A DNA stretch of 64,000 nucleotides, from NCBI GenBank assembly GCA_950097015.1, contig CATNEN010000039.1, positions 14,756,001 to 14,820,000 of the forward strand, read 5' to 3'. The stretch comes from Macrostomum hystrix. Taxonomy: Eukaryota; Animalia; Platyhelminthes. Every line of letters begins with the position of its first letter. Position 1 is the stretch's first letter. Position numbers and translations under genes: made by a program. The notes under the pieces are model-generated. The model was not told where the DNA came from and did no database searches. It was given only the letters and a program-made list of their open reading frames with translations. This document shows, in pieces, positions 48,760 through 61,760 of this stretch.

Positions 48760-51700
48760 CAATATACAATCACTATATACAATATACTATATACAAATCA
48801 CTATATACAATACTATATACAATCACTTAAAGCTTTAAGTGACTGAAAACAATAAATAAGGAAGTCAGGCCAACCATTTACAATATGCATTACTAAAGAG
48901 GAGAAGTTGAATTACTAGGAAAGTGCAATAGAAGAAGCACTACAACAATAAGATAGCATAGGATATTTAAAAGACTCATTTAATTTTAAAAGGCTTATCA
49001 TTGACAGATTGAAATGTGAGTTGAACGACATCGTCCCGGAAAGATTTTCAAGCTTTAGTGAAAATACAATGAAAATTGGTCAAGCAGTTCACTTTGTAGA
49101 CCGTTTCAGCCCGACAAACGAACAAACAAATCTTAGAGATTTATAATTAGTATAGTAAGATGTACTTTATGAAATACACAAGAAAGCCAAATTAAACTGA
49201 TTCTTTGACATATCAAAAACTGCAAGACTGTGGATCTCATGAGGTCATATCACTCATATCACTAAGATTCCTCAGATCACTCAGATCACTCAGATCACTC
49301 AGTCGATCTGCAATGGGTCCATCAAGCTCTATGGAAACTTATATCCAATAGAGTCCGAGTGAGCACTTGACCCCCCAGTGCTCGGTGATGCCGAGTCGGA
49401 TGGCTCTGAAATTATAGGCTAGATACATACTAACGGACAATGTTTACCGAATCTAGAGTTTGAAGCGTCTAGCTTAATCAGAAGCTACCGTTTGCAATGT
49501 ACTGTACGTATACATGGGTTCAGTTTATAGTACTGAGTGGGTGGCACTTGACCCCCAGTGCTCCGTGACGCCGAGTCGGATGGCTCTGAAAGTCAAGATA
49601 CATACTAACGAACAATGATTCCTTCCGAATTTAGAGTTTGAATCGACTAAGACTAACTCAACCAGAAGTTACCCTAATTATGTTGTTGTACTTCAAAACT
49701 TTATAGCTATAGGTTCGTATTTGTGTAATGAACTTTGTGAATTAAAACAAAAAACCAGTCACTGTAACAAGTGATTAAAATAAAACACAAATGCCCCAAA
49801 AATAATTAATAAGGTTTTTTCTCTTGTTTTACTGTTTTGTTGTGGATAATTAATAGAATTGTGGATTTTTTAGTACTGGAAATGTAAACGTGTGTCATTA
49901 CGGACGCGTATTATCGTTCATGATACCCTGTTATCACCTAGTTATGCACCACGTTTTGCGAGTCTTATTTACTCTTATTTACCTTTAGTGACATAAGTGC
50001 GGAGAATTGAAGAAGTAATAAGCTTTGTACTTTTACCCTGACACCAATCATATTTGTCAACCTTGTTTAACAATTGTTCTTGGACAAAAGAACATAGCTT
50101 AAAATGGGTGATGACAATGAACAGAGCCTTCTTAATTATAAGCTGCAGTTGCAACAGGTAATATTATATTTATAATTCTTTTTTTACACCTAGTCATTAA
50201 ATATTTTGCTTTTTTCTAGCCCTTGATAATTATGACTAATGGTTATAGGCCTATCTCCGTATATTGATTCTGTAGAATCTATTTTCATGATTTAGTGAAT
50301 AGCTTTACTTAGGCGAAAGTGTAGTCTGTATATTATATCTAGGGGCCTATTTCAAAATTAAAATGGTTAGTCACCTGTTTTTTTAATGCCAGTAATAATG
50401 TCTGTAAAATATTAGTGAAAGCCTATTCTACACTGTCTATACTTTCTACAGTCCCTCGGCCTTAATTTGTTGACAAAATATTCTGAGTTTTTCAACAAAT
50501 AATATTTACATGAAGCATATTAATTTACAGAGGGCCACAGTCAGAAAGGTGTCCAGTGTTTGCTGAAAATAATTCTGGGCCAAATCAAGCATGTACACTT
50601 TCATAGCCCCCTTTGAATGTTATAGGCCTATCATATGATTAAGTCATTTAAGATGTTTTTAGCTATGCATTGACATATACTAAATATATGGATATTTAGA
50701 CGTCAAATAATCTTAACAAGTTACCTTGGGAACATAATGTAATATGCACAACCACCCTACCAATTTTCTCTATTAAAAGTAAAAGATAAATAGGAAATTT
50801 ATTACAAACAACAATTTGCAGAACAAAAACCAATTGAAACAAAATTGTTATTACACATATGCAAAATACTGATATTTCCCATTGCCTTAGTTTTAGTTTT
50901 ATGAGCAGTTGAATCTTTATGAAAATTGATATATCTGAAATCAAGTTGAATTTGATTAACATTACACATTAATTTTAATAATTATCATACATGCACAACC
51001 TCCCAAATCTTAGCCAGCCATGCGACTTAGTTTTTGCTCTATTCACGACTTAGTTTGCTCTCATTTGCTCTCATTTTCTCTCACCTTTTCCTTTTCTTCA
51101 CGCCTTCCTTTTTTGTCCCTTGGTCCCCCCTTTGATTTTTTTGTGCTTGGTCGATTGGTTTTTGTAACTTACCTTGCTTGGCCCTCATTTCACCTGGCCG
51201 GTTTGGCTGGGACGGCCAGGTGTTGCACATGTATGATAATTATATTACATTATATACATTACATATTATATTATGTTGCAATATTAGACACATATTATGT
51301 TGCCACTAATGGTTGCCAATAGGTATTACAAATATGTATAGGGAGTTTTTACAAATTAGTGTACCAGAATTACCTTGCATATGTGCATGTATGCCATTTT
51401 TTAGAAAGATTTGCCAGTTAATATTCCTGCATATGTACACTTTCCTGAATATGGACAGAGATGAATCTGCACAAAAATGAACAACTTCCAAGTGTAGCAG
51501 ACCTCTCAGCTCTCTCTATTTATTGGATTTGGGATTGGTGAGCTGAGTAATGGGGGGAGGATGGTAGCGTAAGTTATGAGGGTGAGAGTAGGTATTTTCC
51601 ACGCTGTTCGGGTTATACCTAAGGTAGCGCTAATGCCCGAGTGGCAAGACACTAGCTACTAACAATGGGAGCAGAATTTACTGCTGCTGGCATGAGGGCT

Positions 51701-52423
51701 AAGGTTACTGATCTGGGGCACACAGTCCGTGGGGCGTATCAGGATGGAGTAAAGTTGCCTGGTGAACGACCTTTGCGCTTTCACTTACTTTCCTCTATGG
51801 GGTCCGGGATTAATTCAGTCTCATGAGGGATAAAGGCGGAGTTTTAGGGACTTCAGGGGTATTTAGGGAACTTTTAGGTGGAATTCAGATAGACTTAAGG
51901 TGGACTTTTGGACGGGATTTTAGGACGGTATATTGGGATTTCAAAGGGATCATATAATAGGGTGGGTTTTGGTAAAGAAGGCCGACGAGAGATCTTTGGG
52001 AGAGGATTGGGAAGGCAGAGATATCTTTAACTGTTTTCCCTTTTATTAGGAAAATAACTCAGAAACTCGGTCTATTTAATAGCGAAACTGGAATAGAGGT
52101 TGGAAGTGGAATCGCTTATATTTCGTTGTATCGAACGTAGAGCTAAACGTTGAGAACATATAGAACGTAAAGTAGGTCAAACAGGTAGCTGACGGTTAAG
52201 CGAGGTGAGCAAGGGTGCGCAAGGGTGAGGCAAGGGTGCGCAAGGGTGAGGCAAGGGTGCGCAAGGGTGAGCCAAGGGGTGAGGTCAGGTAAAGATCGCA
52301 TTTATTTTCTCTCTATATGTACACAAAGAAATTGGGGTGGGTGCATGTTTCTACTTTAAGAGTAATATAACGCACAAAGAGCACGGCGTGACATAACGAC
52401 ACCCAGCTAGTGTGTGAGGAAAA

Positions 52424-54328
52424 ATGGCGGAAATTCAAAATTATAAGGAAAACTTAATTTTACACTGCCTCACAAGGATTGTATGCACAGAAATTTCAGC
52501 TAGTCTTGTTTAACCTTAAATGCCACAATAACTGTTCAGGTTGAAGCAGCCCTGGAGCTGGACAAGGACAATGCGGAGCTGCTGGCGTTGAAAGCTGAGC
52601 TAGAAGAGATCATTGGCCTGACTCTACAGCTGCTTGGCCGCGATCCCAGTGAAGCCTTTGAAGTCAGCGAAGCTTTTGGCTGGAAGGTTGGCGATCACTG
52701 CTCGGCACTTTGGGCTCGCGACAAACTGTACTACCCGGCTGTGGTCACCGAGGTGCGCCGCGATGGTACCTGCTTTGTGTCGTTTGCTCACATGCCAGCT
52801 GGTAGTCACGCTGAGCAGTGTCAGGTAAGCTGGTTGAAAAACGTCCTTCAGTTCCCTATCTCCAAAATCCTTCATTTTCCTTTCTCCCAGTCCTTTCAGT
52901 TCCATATATCCGAATCCTTCAGTTCCCTATCTCCCAGTTCCCTATCCCCTAATACTTCAGTTCCCAACTTCCCAATCCTTCAGTTCACTATTTTTCAATG
53001 CTTCAGTTCCCTACTTCCCAATCCTTCAGTTCCCTGTTTTCAATTCTTCAGTTCCCTATTTGCAAATCTTTCCTCAATTTCCTCATCACTGAGCTTACTT
53101 TCCCCAGTCATTACAGTTCCATTTTTAGTCACGCTCCGTCCCCCGCAGGTCAGCCTGTTGAAGCCGCTAGCCGAGGGCTTGGACTCGAAGAAGGACTCCT
53201 CGGCAGCCGCGCTGACAGCGCAGGGCTCCAACGCTCAGGCGGCGAAGAAGCGCCGGCGCGAGGAGCGCAGCAAAGCCCTGGAATCCAAGCAGCGGAAGGC
53301 GGTCAAGCGGGCCGAGAAAGAGAAGGAAATGGAGGCGGTGGTCGAGCGGGAGAAGAAGTCCTGGCAGAGCTTCTCTAAGAAGATTCAGAAACAGGTGAGT
53401 GGGATAATTTTCTATCTTGTGATTCCCGTCCTGTCTTGGGGTTCGTTTTCTGTTTATAGGGATTCACCACATCAGTCCTGGAATCCTAACAGACAGTCGT
53501 GGAATTCCCTGTCCCTGTAATTCCCAATCTTGTGTACGACGCGAGCTATTAAGATTCTCCATCCCTTCTCGGGATTCCCCATCTGTTCCTGTGTTTCCCT
53601 ACCCCTTCCTGGGATTCCACATCCCTTCCTTCGATTCCCCATCCCATCCTGGGATTTCCAACCCCTTCCTGGGACCGTAGGATCTCAACCTTCTGTGACC
53701 AACGGTCCTGGGATCCTGGGAGTCCTGTGATTCCCCACCCTCAGTCCAGGGATTCCCCACCCTCAGTCCAAGGATTCCCCACCCTCAGTCCTGAGATTCC
53801 CTACCCTCAGTCCAGGGATTCCCCACCCTCAGTCCAGGCATTCCCCACCCTCAGTCCAGGGATTCCCCACCCTCAGTCCAGGCATTCCCCACCCTCAGTC
53901 CAGGGATTCCCCACCCTCAGTCTAGGGATTCCCCACCCCCATTCCAGTGATTTCCCACCCTCAGTCCAGTGATTCCCCACCCTCAGTCCCAGGATTACCC
54001 ACCCTTAGTCCTGAGGGTTCCACCCTCAGTCTAGGGAGTTCCCACCCTCAGTCCTGGGATTCCCCAAGACTGAGATGTTGATAATTTTCCCAGTTTTAGT
54101 CTTCATATTGCCTGTCCTTACATCCCGATCTTGCAGGGTCGCGTTGGCAAGAGCATCTTCGCCACACCTGGCCCGGACAATCCCAAGGGCCGGGTCGGTG
54201 TGGGCACCTGCGGCATCGCCGGCAAAGGCATGACGCCGTTCGCTGCGCCGCAGTATCGACCTCCGGGCGCCGGCGGCAGCGGAATGAGCGGCGCCAATTC
54301 TCAGTTTCCCACCTCCGGTGCACCTTGA
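52424..54328 (+). CDS. SMNDC1: SMN-related splicing factor SPF30; exons 52424-52480 (uncertain), 52540-52824, 53149-53394, 54137-54328
   Basis: VEAALELDKDNAELLALKAELEEIIGLT; Tudor WKVGDHCSALWARDKLYYPAVVTEV; EREKKSWQSFSKK; KSIFATPGPDNPKGRVGVGTCGIAGKGMT. Confidence 0.92.
53728..54066. repeat. Intronic ~23-bp minisatellite (gattccccaccctcagtccagg)
   Basis: Tandem copies in SMNDC1 intron 3. Confidence 0.9.
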
Positions 54329-54707
54329 TTATTTATTTTTTTGACGAGACATGAACAGCAGGGCGGAATAATTGTTTTCATGTGTTTTCTATCACTTATG
54401 TTTTATTGAATTGTTAGCATTTTGTCTAAATTGCATGTTTTCTTTTATAAACAAAATGTAGCATAACTAATTGCTTGCTTAGTTCAATATGTGACCTGTT
54501 TTTTATTACGCTCGTAATAAACGTAATTAAAATGTTTTACGAATGTCTATTCTCGCTACTGCAAGTAGTGTGATCAAACCAGCGAAACTAAATCGCTTTT
54601 TTTCGCATAAAAAGAATTATTTCTTTTTTTTTATTTAAAAGCGCATATTTTTACTGTTAGTAGGCGATCCCGGCTATGCTTTCCAATGATGCCATTTCTC
54701 TCCGCAG

Positions 54708-55289
54708 CAGTCCGTGCGCGACTTTGTCCGCCAAGCCAAGAAGCCGCTGCAGAGCCTGATCCAGCGCTACGGCCGGGCTCGCACTCAACTAGTTGATGAG
54801 TGTCGCCGAATTTGTCGACTAAATCAACGCTGGCTGCGCCTAAAAGCCAGCGTTACCGCTACTGCCGATGCTAATTCAACTGATGGTAGAACTGCTGAAC
54901 TAGTGGAAATTTGCGAACGGCGCTTTGAGCAAGAATTCTTGGACCGGCTGCTCGCCTGCAACTGCCTGCTGCTGCGGCTGACTGAAATAGGTCGCGAGTT
55001 CGAGCGCCAATTGTTTGAGCCTGTGCGTCTATTGGCTGCCGGAGTACCTAGTGACCAAGCGGTTTCCCTTGCAACCGGAGCCTGGGAGAATCCTGCGCTA
55101 GTGTGTCTCGGATTGGACTCCCTAAGCCGGTTGTTAAGCAACGATTTAAACACGCTGACTAGTTGCCTTGGCAACCGGTTGCTAGCTAACGATCCGCCAG
55201 TGCCATCCGGCCTGTCCGACTTGATCGTTGCCAAGGACGCCCTGGGTGATTTTTATCGTCGCGAGCTGATTCGACTGTGGCGAGTTTGA
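54708..55289 (+). CDS. Unknown helical protein (~193 codons, no Met in frame)
   Basis: GC-rich, coding-like open frame after the strong acceptor tttctctccgcag (54707); start not identified. Confidence 0.55.
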   Translation, partial: QSVRDFVRQAKKPLQSLIQRYGRARTQLVDECRRICRLNQRWLRLKASVTATADANSTDGRTAELVEICERRFEQEFLDRLLACNCLLLRLTEIGREFERQLFEPVRLLAAGVPSDQAVSLATGAWENPALVCLGLDSLSRLLSNDLNTLTSCLGNRLLANDPPVPSGLSDLIVAKDALGDFYRRELIRLWRV

Positions 55290-55308
55290 TACAGCTGACT
55301 TACAAGTC

Positions 55309-57451
55309 ATGCAAGTCGCTGAAGAGATTCGCAAGTGCTCCGGTGGCGTCGACCCTTTGAAGTCGTCCTTCAAGCGCTTCCGGGCGATGAGTTTTGATCA
55401 GTTTCGAGACTGCGCCGAGCGAGCGGCCGCCACCGCTGCCGTCAAATTTTATGCGCGCCGACCGGAGACCGACATTGGTGCCGAGCTGAAAGAAACTATT
55501 GAAGTGTGTTTACTTGATAATTTCGCTTATATTCAAAACGGGACAGTTTTTTAAGCGCACACAATTAGTCCGGAGTTCGAATCTCAATTCAAGAAGAAGC
55601 AATTTTTTTGCATTCTTGGGATTCAGTGATCAATTTTTGTCTAGTCTAGCGAGGTCCAGAGTTCGATTCTTAGTCAATGCAAAAGTTTACCCTTCTTGTT
55701 AATCCTCAAGGTGCGGCGATATCCGTCCGGGTTCTACCACCTGCCTAATCCGTTCGTCCCGGGTATCGCTCTGAACAGGCCGGATCTGCCCACCCGACTA
55801 GCCGCCGACTCTATTCGCCAATGGCCAGGCGAAGGTCGCATTTCTGGCGCCGCCGACACGGACGACTGCAGCCGGCATCGAACCAACCTGGACATCGAGC
55901 CTGACCGGCCGCGCCACCTCTTCCAAGACGCCCTGCCGTTGGTCGATCGTACCGATCAGGACCAGGCTCTGCTGTTGGCGTCTAGCTGGCTCTACAAATT
56001 GCGTTGGACCACACTGGGAGTGCAGTACAACTGGACCGCTAGGAAGTACCAGGTGCCCGCCGCTGCTGCTGCTGCTGATCAGGATTGGCACCCGCCGAAA
56101 ATGCCAGACTGTTTAGCCCGACTAACGGCCCAACTATGTGCTCTCACCGGTTAGTTAATGTCTTCCATTTACCTGTCTTCAGTCTTATTAACATCTTCCA
56201 ATCTCATCCGCTTTACTTGCTGCTTCTCCCCTTTACCTGCCTTCTCCCCTTTACCTGCCTTCTCCCCTTTACCTGCCTTCTCCCCTTTACCTGCCTTCTC
56301 CCCTTTACCTGCCTTCTCCCCTTTACCTGCCTTCTCCCCTTTACCTGCCTTCTCCCCTTTACCTGCCTTCTCCCCTTTACCTGCCTTGTCCCCTTTACCT
56401 GCCTTCTCCCCTTTACCTGCCTTCTCCCCTTTACCTGCCTTCTCCCCTTTACCTGCCTTCTCCCCTTTACCTGCCTTCTCCCCTTTACCTGCCTTCTCCC
56501 CTTTACCTGCCTTCTCCCCTTTACCTGCCTTCTCCCCTTTACCTGCCTTCTCCCCTTTACCTGCCTTCTCCCCTTTACCTGCCTTATCCCCCTTAACTGC
56601 CTTCTCCCCTCTTCTCCCCTTTACCTGCCTTGTCCCCTCTTCTCGCCTTTACCTGTCTTCTCGCCTTTACCTGTCTTCTCGCCTTTACCTGTCTTCTCGC
56701 CTTTACCTGTCTTCTCGCCTTTACCTGTCTTCTCGCCTTTACCTGCCTTCTCGCCTTTACCTGCCTTCTCGCCTTTACCTGCCTTCTCGCCTTTACCTGC
56801 CTTCTCGCCTCTTCTCCCCTTTACCTGCCTTGTCCCCTCTTCTCGCCTTTACCTGTCTTCTCGCCTTTACCTGCCTTCTCGCCTTTACCTGCCTTCTCGC
56901 CTTTACCTGTCTTTTTCACTCTACCTGTATTCTAGTTATTAAGACCAATCTTACCTATTCCTCCCCCTCGAGCAGGCGCGTGGACTGAGCAAGCCTACTC
57001 ACCGCAGGCGGGCATTGTAAACTACTATCACCCAGGCCACAGCATGTGCTTCCATTTGGACACAGCCGAGCCTTATCTGGAAGCTCCTCTGGTCAGCTTG
57101 AGTGTCGGCCTACCTGCGGCCTACCTCCTGGCCGGTTCTAGCCGTTTCGAACCGGTTTCTGATTCGCCAACGCCTGTACTAATTGAGCATGGCGATGTCG
57201 TAGTGATGACCGGTGACTCCCGACAGTTCTATCACTCGGTGCCCAGGGTTTTCCCTACCAGATCAACCAGCCAGGTCAACTGCTTCTGCCGCGAATTGAC
57301 TGCTGCTGTTAACAATGACTCCGCCCATTCTGCCGAATGTCGCCTGCTAACCAGCTATTTGGCTGCTACCCGCGTCAACATCAACGTCAGGCAGCTGCTG
57401 CGGCCTGGACAGCACTGGCAGGAACTCAGACTGTGGACTGCTCCTGCATGA
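55309..57451 (+). CDS. ALKBH1: Nucleic acid dioxygenase ALKBH1; exons 55309-55503, 55711-56149, 56976-57451 (~369 aa)
   Basis: YPSGFYHLPNPF, KLRWTTLGVQYNW, QAGIVNYY, HLD (HxD), PLVSLSVG, GDVVVMTGDSRQFYHSVPRV, RVNINVRQ; introns join in phase. Confidence 0.93.
56215..56915. repeat. Intronic 18-bp minisatellite (ttctcccctttacctgcc)n
   Basis: Tandem copies in ALKBH1 intron 2. Confidence 0.95.
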
Positions 57452-57499
57452 TGGACTGACTAGATCTTCCCCTTCTCCCCCTTTTCTCCCTCCTTTTTC

Positions 57500-60400
57500 G
57501 CATCAAATCTCTCCCCTTCCTTATCTTATCTCTCTCCTTCCTAATCTTATCTCTCTCCTTCCTCATCTTATCTCTCTCCTTCCTAATCTTATCTCTCTCC
57601 TTCCTAATCTTATCTCTCTCCTTCCTCATCTTATCTCTCTCCTTCCTCATCTTATCTCTCTCCTTCCTAATCTTATCTCTCTCCTTCCTAATCTTATCTC
57701 TCTCCTTCCTCATCTTATCTCTCTCCTTCCTCATCTTATCTCTCTCCTTCCTAATCTTATCTCTCTCCTTCCTAATCTTATCTCTCTCCTTCCCCATCTT
57801 ATCTCTCTCCTTCCTAATCTTATCTCTCTCCTTCCCCATCTTATCTCTCTCCTTCCTAATCTTATCTCTCTCCTTCCTCATCTTATCTCTCTCCTTCTTA
57901 ATCTTATCTCTCTCCTTCCTAATCTTATCTCTCTCCTTCCTAATCTTATCTCTCTCCTTCCTCATCTTATCTCTCTCCTTCCTAATCTTATCTCTCTCCT
58001 TCCTCATCTTATCTCTCTCCTTCCTCATCTTATCTCTCTCCTTCCTCATCTTATCTCTCTCCTTCCTCATCTTATCTCTCTCCTTCCTCATCTTATCTCT
58101 CTCCTTCCTCATCTTATCTCTCTCCTTCTTAATCTTATCTCTCTCCTTCCTAATCTTATCTCTCTCCTTCTTAATCTTATCTCTCTCCTTCCTAATCTTA
58201 TCTCTCTCCTTCCTCATCTTATCTCTCTCCTTCCTCATCTTATCTCTCTCCTTCCCCATCTTATCTCTCTCCTTCCTAATCTTATCTCTCTCCTTCCTAA
58301 TCTTATCTCTCTCCTTCCCCATCTTATCTCTCTCCTTCCTAATCTTATCTCTCTCCTTCCCCATCTTATCTCTCTCCTTCTTAATCTTATCTCTCTCCTT
58401 CCCCATCTTATCTCTCTCCTTCCTAATCTTATCTCTCTCCTTCCTAATCTTATCTCTCTCCTTCCTAATCTTATCTCTCTCCTTCCTCATCTTATCTCTC
58501 TCCTTCTTAATCTTATCTCTCTCCTTCCTAATCTTATCTCTCTCCTTCCTCATCTTATCTCTCTCCTTCCTAATCTTATCTCTCTCCTTCCTAATCTTAT
58601 CTCTCTCCTTCCTCATCTTATCTCTCTCCTTCCTAATCTTATCTCTCTCCTTCCTCATCTTATCTCTCTCCTTCTTAATCTTATCTCTCTCCTTCCTAAT
58701 CTTATCTCTCTCCTTCCTAATCTTATCTCTCTCCTTCCTCATCTTATCTCTCTCCTTCTTAATCTTATCTCTCTCCTTCCTAATCTTATCTCTCTCCTTC
58801 CTCATCTTATCTCTCTCCTTCTTAATCTTATCTCTCTCCTTCCTAATCTTATCTCTCTCCTTCCTCATCTTATCTCTCTCCTTCCTAATCTTATCTCTCT
58901 CCTTCCTAATCTTATCTCTCTCCTTCCTAATCTTATCTCTCTCCTTCCTCATCTTATCTCTCTCCTTCCTAATCTTATCTCTCTCCTTCCTAATCTTATC
59001 TCTCTCCTTCCTCATCTTATCTCTCTCCTTCTTAATCTTATCTCTCTCCTTCCTAATCTTATCTCTCTCCTTCCTAATCTTATCTCTCTCCTTCCTAATC
59101 TTATCTCTCTCCTTCTTAATCTTATCTCTCTCCTTCCTCATCTTATCTCTCTCCTTCTTAATCTTATCTCTCTCCTTCCCCATCTTATCTCTCTCCTTCC
59201 TAATCTTATCTCTCTCCTTCCTAATCTTATCTCTCTCCTTCCTAATCTTATCTCTCTCCTTCCTCATCTTATCTCTCTCCTTCTTAATCTTATCTCTCTC
59301 CTTCCTAATCTTATCTCTCTCCTTCCTCATCTTATCTCTCTCCTTCCTAATCTTATCTCTCTCCTTCCTAATCTTATCTCTCTCCTTCCTCATCTTATCT
59401 CTCTCCTTCCTAATCTTATCTCTCTCCTTCCTCATCTTATCTCTCTCCTTCTTAATCTTATCTCTCTCCTTCCTAATCTTATCTCTCTCCTTCCTAATCT
59501 TATCTCTCTCCTTCCTCATCTTATCTCTCTCCTTCTTAATCTTATCTCTCTCCTTCCTAATCTTATCTCTCTCCTTCCTCATCTTATCTCTCTCCTTCTT
59601 AATCTTATCTCTCTCCTTCCTAATCTTATCTCTCTCCTTCCTCATCTTATCTCTCTCCTTCCTAATCTTATCTCTCTCCTTCCTAATCTTATCTCTCTCC
59701 TTCCTAATCTTATCTCTCTCCTTCCTCATCTTATCTCTCTCCTTCCTAATCTTATCTCTCTCCTTCCTAATCTTATCTCTCTCCTTCCTCATCTTATCTC
59801 TCTCCTTCTTAATCTTATCTCTCTCCTTCCTAATCTTATCTCTCTCCTTCCTAATCTTATCTCTCTCCTTCCTCATCTTATCTCTCTCCTTCCTCATCTT
59901 ATCTCTCTCCTTCCTAATCTTATCTCTCTCCTTCCTAATCTTATCTCTCTCCTTCCTCATCTTATCTCTCTCCTTCTTAATCTTATCTCTCTCCTTCCTA
60001 ATCTTATCTCTCTCCTTCCTAATCTTATCTCTCTCCTTCCTAATCTTATCTCTCTCCTTCCTAATCTTATTTCTCCCCTTCCTAATCTTATCTCTCTCCT
60101 TCCTAATCTTATCTCTCTCCTTCCTCATCTTATCTCTCTCCTTCTTAATCTTATCTCTCTCCTTCCTAATCTTATCTCTCTCCTTCCTAATCTTATCTCT
60201 CTCCTTCCTAATCTTATCTCTCTCCTTCCTAATCTTATCTCTCTCCTTCCTAATCTTATTTCTCTCCTTCTTAATCTTATCTCTCTCCTTCCTAATCTTA
60301 TCTCTCTCCTTCTTAATCTTATCTCTCTCCTTCCTAATCTTATCTCTCTCCTTCCTAATCTTATTTCTCCCCTTCCTAATCTTATCTCTCTCCTTCCTAA

Positions 60401-60905
60401 TCTTATCTCTCTCCTTCTTAATCTTATCTCTCTCCTTCCTAATCTTATCTCTCTCCTTCCTAATCTTATCTCTCTCCTTCCTAATCTTATCTCTCTCCTT
60501 CCTAATCTTATCTCTCTCCTTCCTCATCTTATCTCTCTCCTTCTTAATCTTATCTCTCTCCTTCCTAATCTTATCTCTCTCCTTCTTAATCTTATCTCTC
60601 TCCTTCCTAATCTTATCTCTCTCCTTCCTAATCTTATTTCTCCCCTTCCTAATCTTATCTCTCTCCTTCCTAATCTTATCTCTCTCCTTCTTAATCTTAT
60701 CTCTCTCCTTCCTAATCTTATCTCTCTCCTTCCTAATCTTATCTCTCTCCTTCCTAATCTTATCTCTCTCCTTCCTAATCTTATCTCTCTCCTTCCTCAT
60801 CTTATCTCTCTCCTTCTTAATCTTATCTCTCTCCTTCCTCATCTTATCTCTCTCCTTCCTAATCTTATCTCTCTCCTTCCTAATCTTATTTCTCCCCTTC
60901 CTTAT
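57500..60905. repeat. 21-bp pyrimidine-rich satellite (tcttatctctctccttcctaa)n, ~160 copies
   Basis: Direct tandem periodicity. Confidence 0.97.
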
Positions 60906-61289
60906 TTCCTCGCTATCCTTCTCATGGCTCATGGCGAAGTCTCTTGCATTAGATTTCACTATTCATTGTGTTGGTGTTTAGTTCGTCAAATTTTTCTGGT
61001 AAGAAAATAAAAAATTGCATCTCTAACTTTGCTTTTGTTTTACTACAAACGGAGCATAGGATTGTGATTGACAGTAACTGCTTGGCGAGCTTGGTCGATT
61101 GCCTTTATTCAGCTAAGTATAAATGAGGATTTGTAACGCTACTTGAAATTCTTTCTCTACCTAAAGATAGAGATATCTTAGAGATAAAGATTAGGCTTGA
61201 TAAGGAAAATATAATCCGTATGACTTACGAAATACTTTTTTCAATTTCAAAAAGTTGTTTGATATTCTTTGTAGATTATGTCTTTATGA

Positions 61290-61760
61290 CTCTGCTTTGA
61301 TGATTCTGTGAATCTGCTTTGATGATTCTGTGAATCTGCTTTGATGATTCTGTGAATCTGCTTTAAAGATTCTGTGAATCTGCTTTAAAGATTCTGTGAA
61401 TCTGCTTTAAAGATTCTGTGAATCTGCTTTAAAGATTCTGTGAATCTGCTTTAAAGATTCTGTGAATCTGCTTTGATGATTCTGTGAATCTGCTTTAAAG
61501 ATTATGTGAATCTGCTTTAAAGGTTCTGTGAATATTTATGGATTTTGTGAGTATTTGGAGATTCGGTGAATATTTATGGATTTTGTGAGTATTTGGAGAT
61601 TCGGTGAATATTTATGGATTTTGTGAGTATTTGAAGATTCTGTGAATATTTATGGATTTTGTGAGTATTTGAAGATTCTGTGAATATTTATGGATTTTGT
61701 GAGTATTTGAAGATTCTGTGAATATTTATGGATTTTTTGAGAATTTGAAGATTCTGTGAA
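61290..61760. repeat. 22-bp and ~43-bp minisatellites (gattctgtgaat core)
   Basis: Tandem copies. Confidence 0.9.

Noticed and set aside
49362-49670. Two-copy ~180-bp duplication with a short hairpin
   Set aside because: No ribozyme or TE terminal motifs recognised; treated as an ordinary local duplication
56085-56988. (LLPFTC)n and (FSPLPA)n ORFs
   Set aside because: Lie within ALKBH1 intron 2 minisatellite
57426-60959. 1,177-aa KERDKIR coiled-coil protein
   Set aside because: The 21-bp unit is stop-free in this frame by composition; there are no unique domains or splice evidence; not called as a CDS
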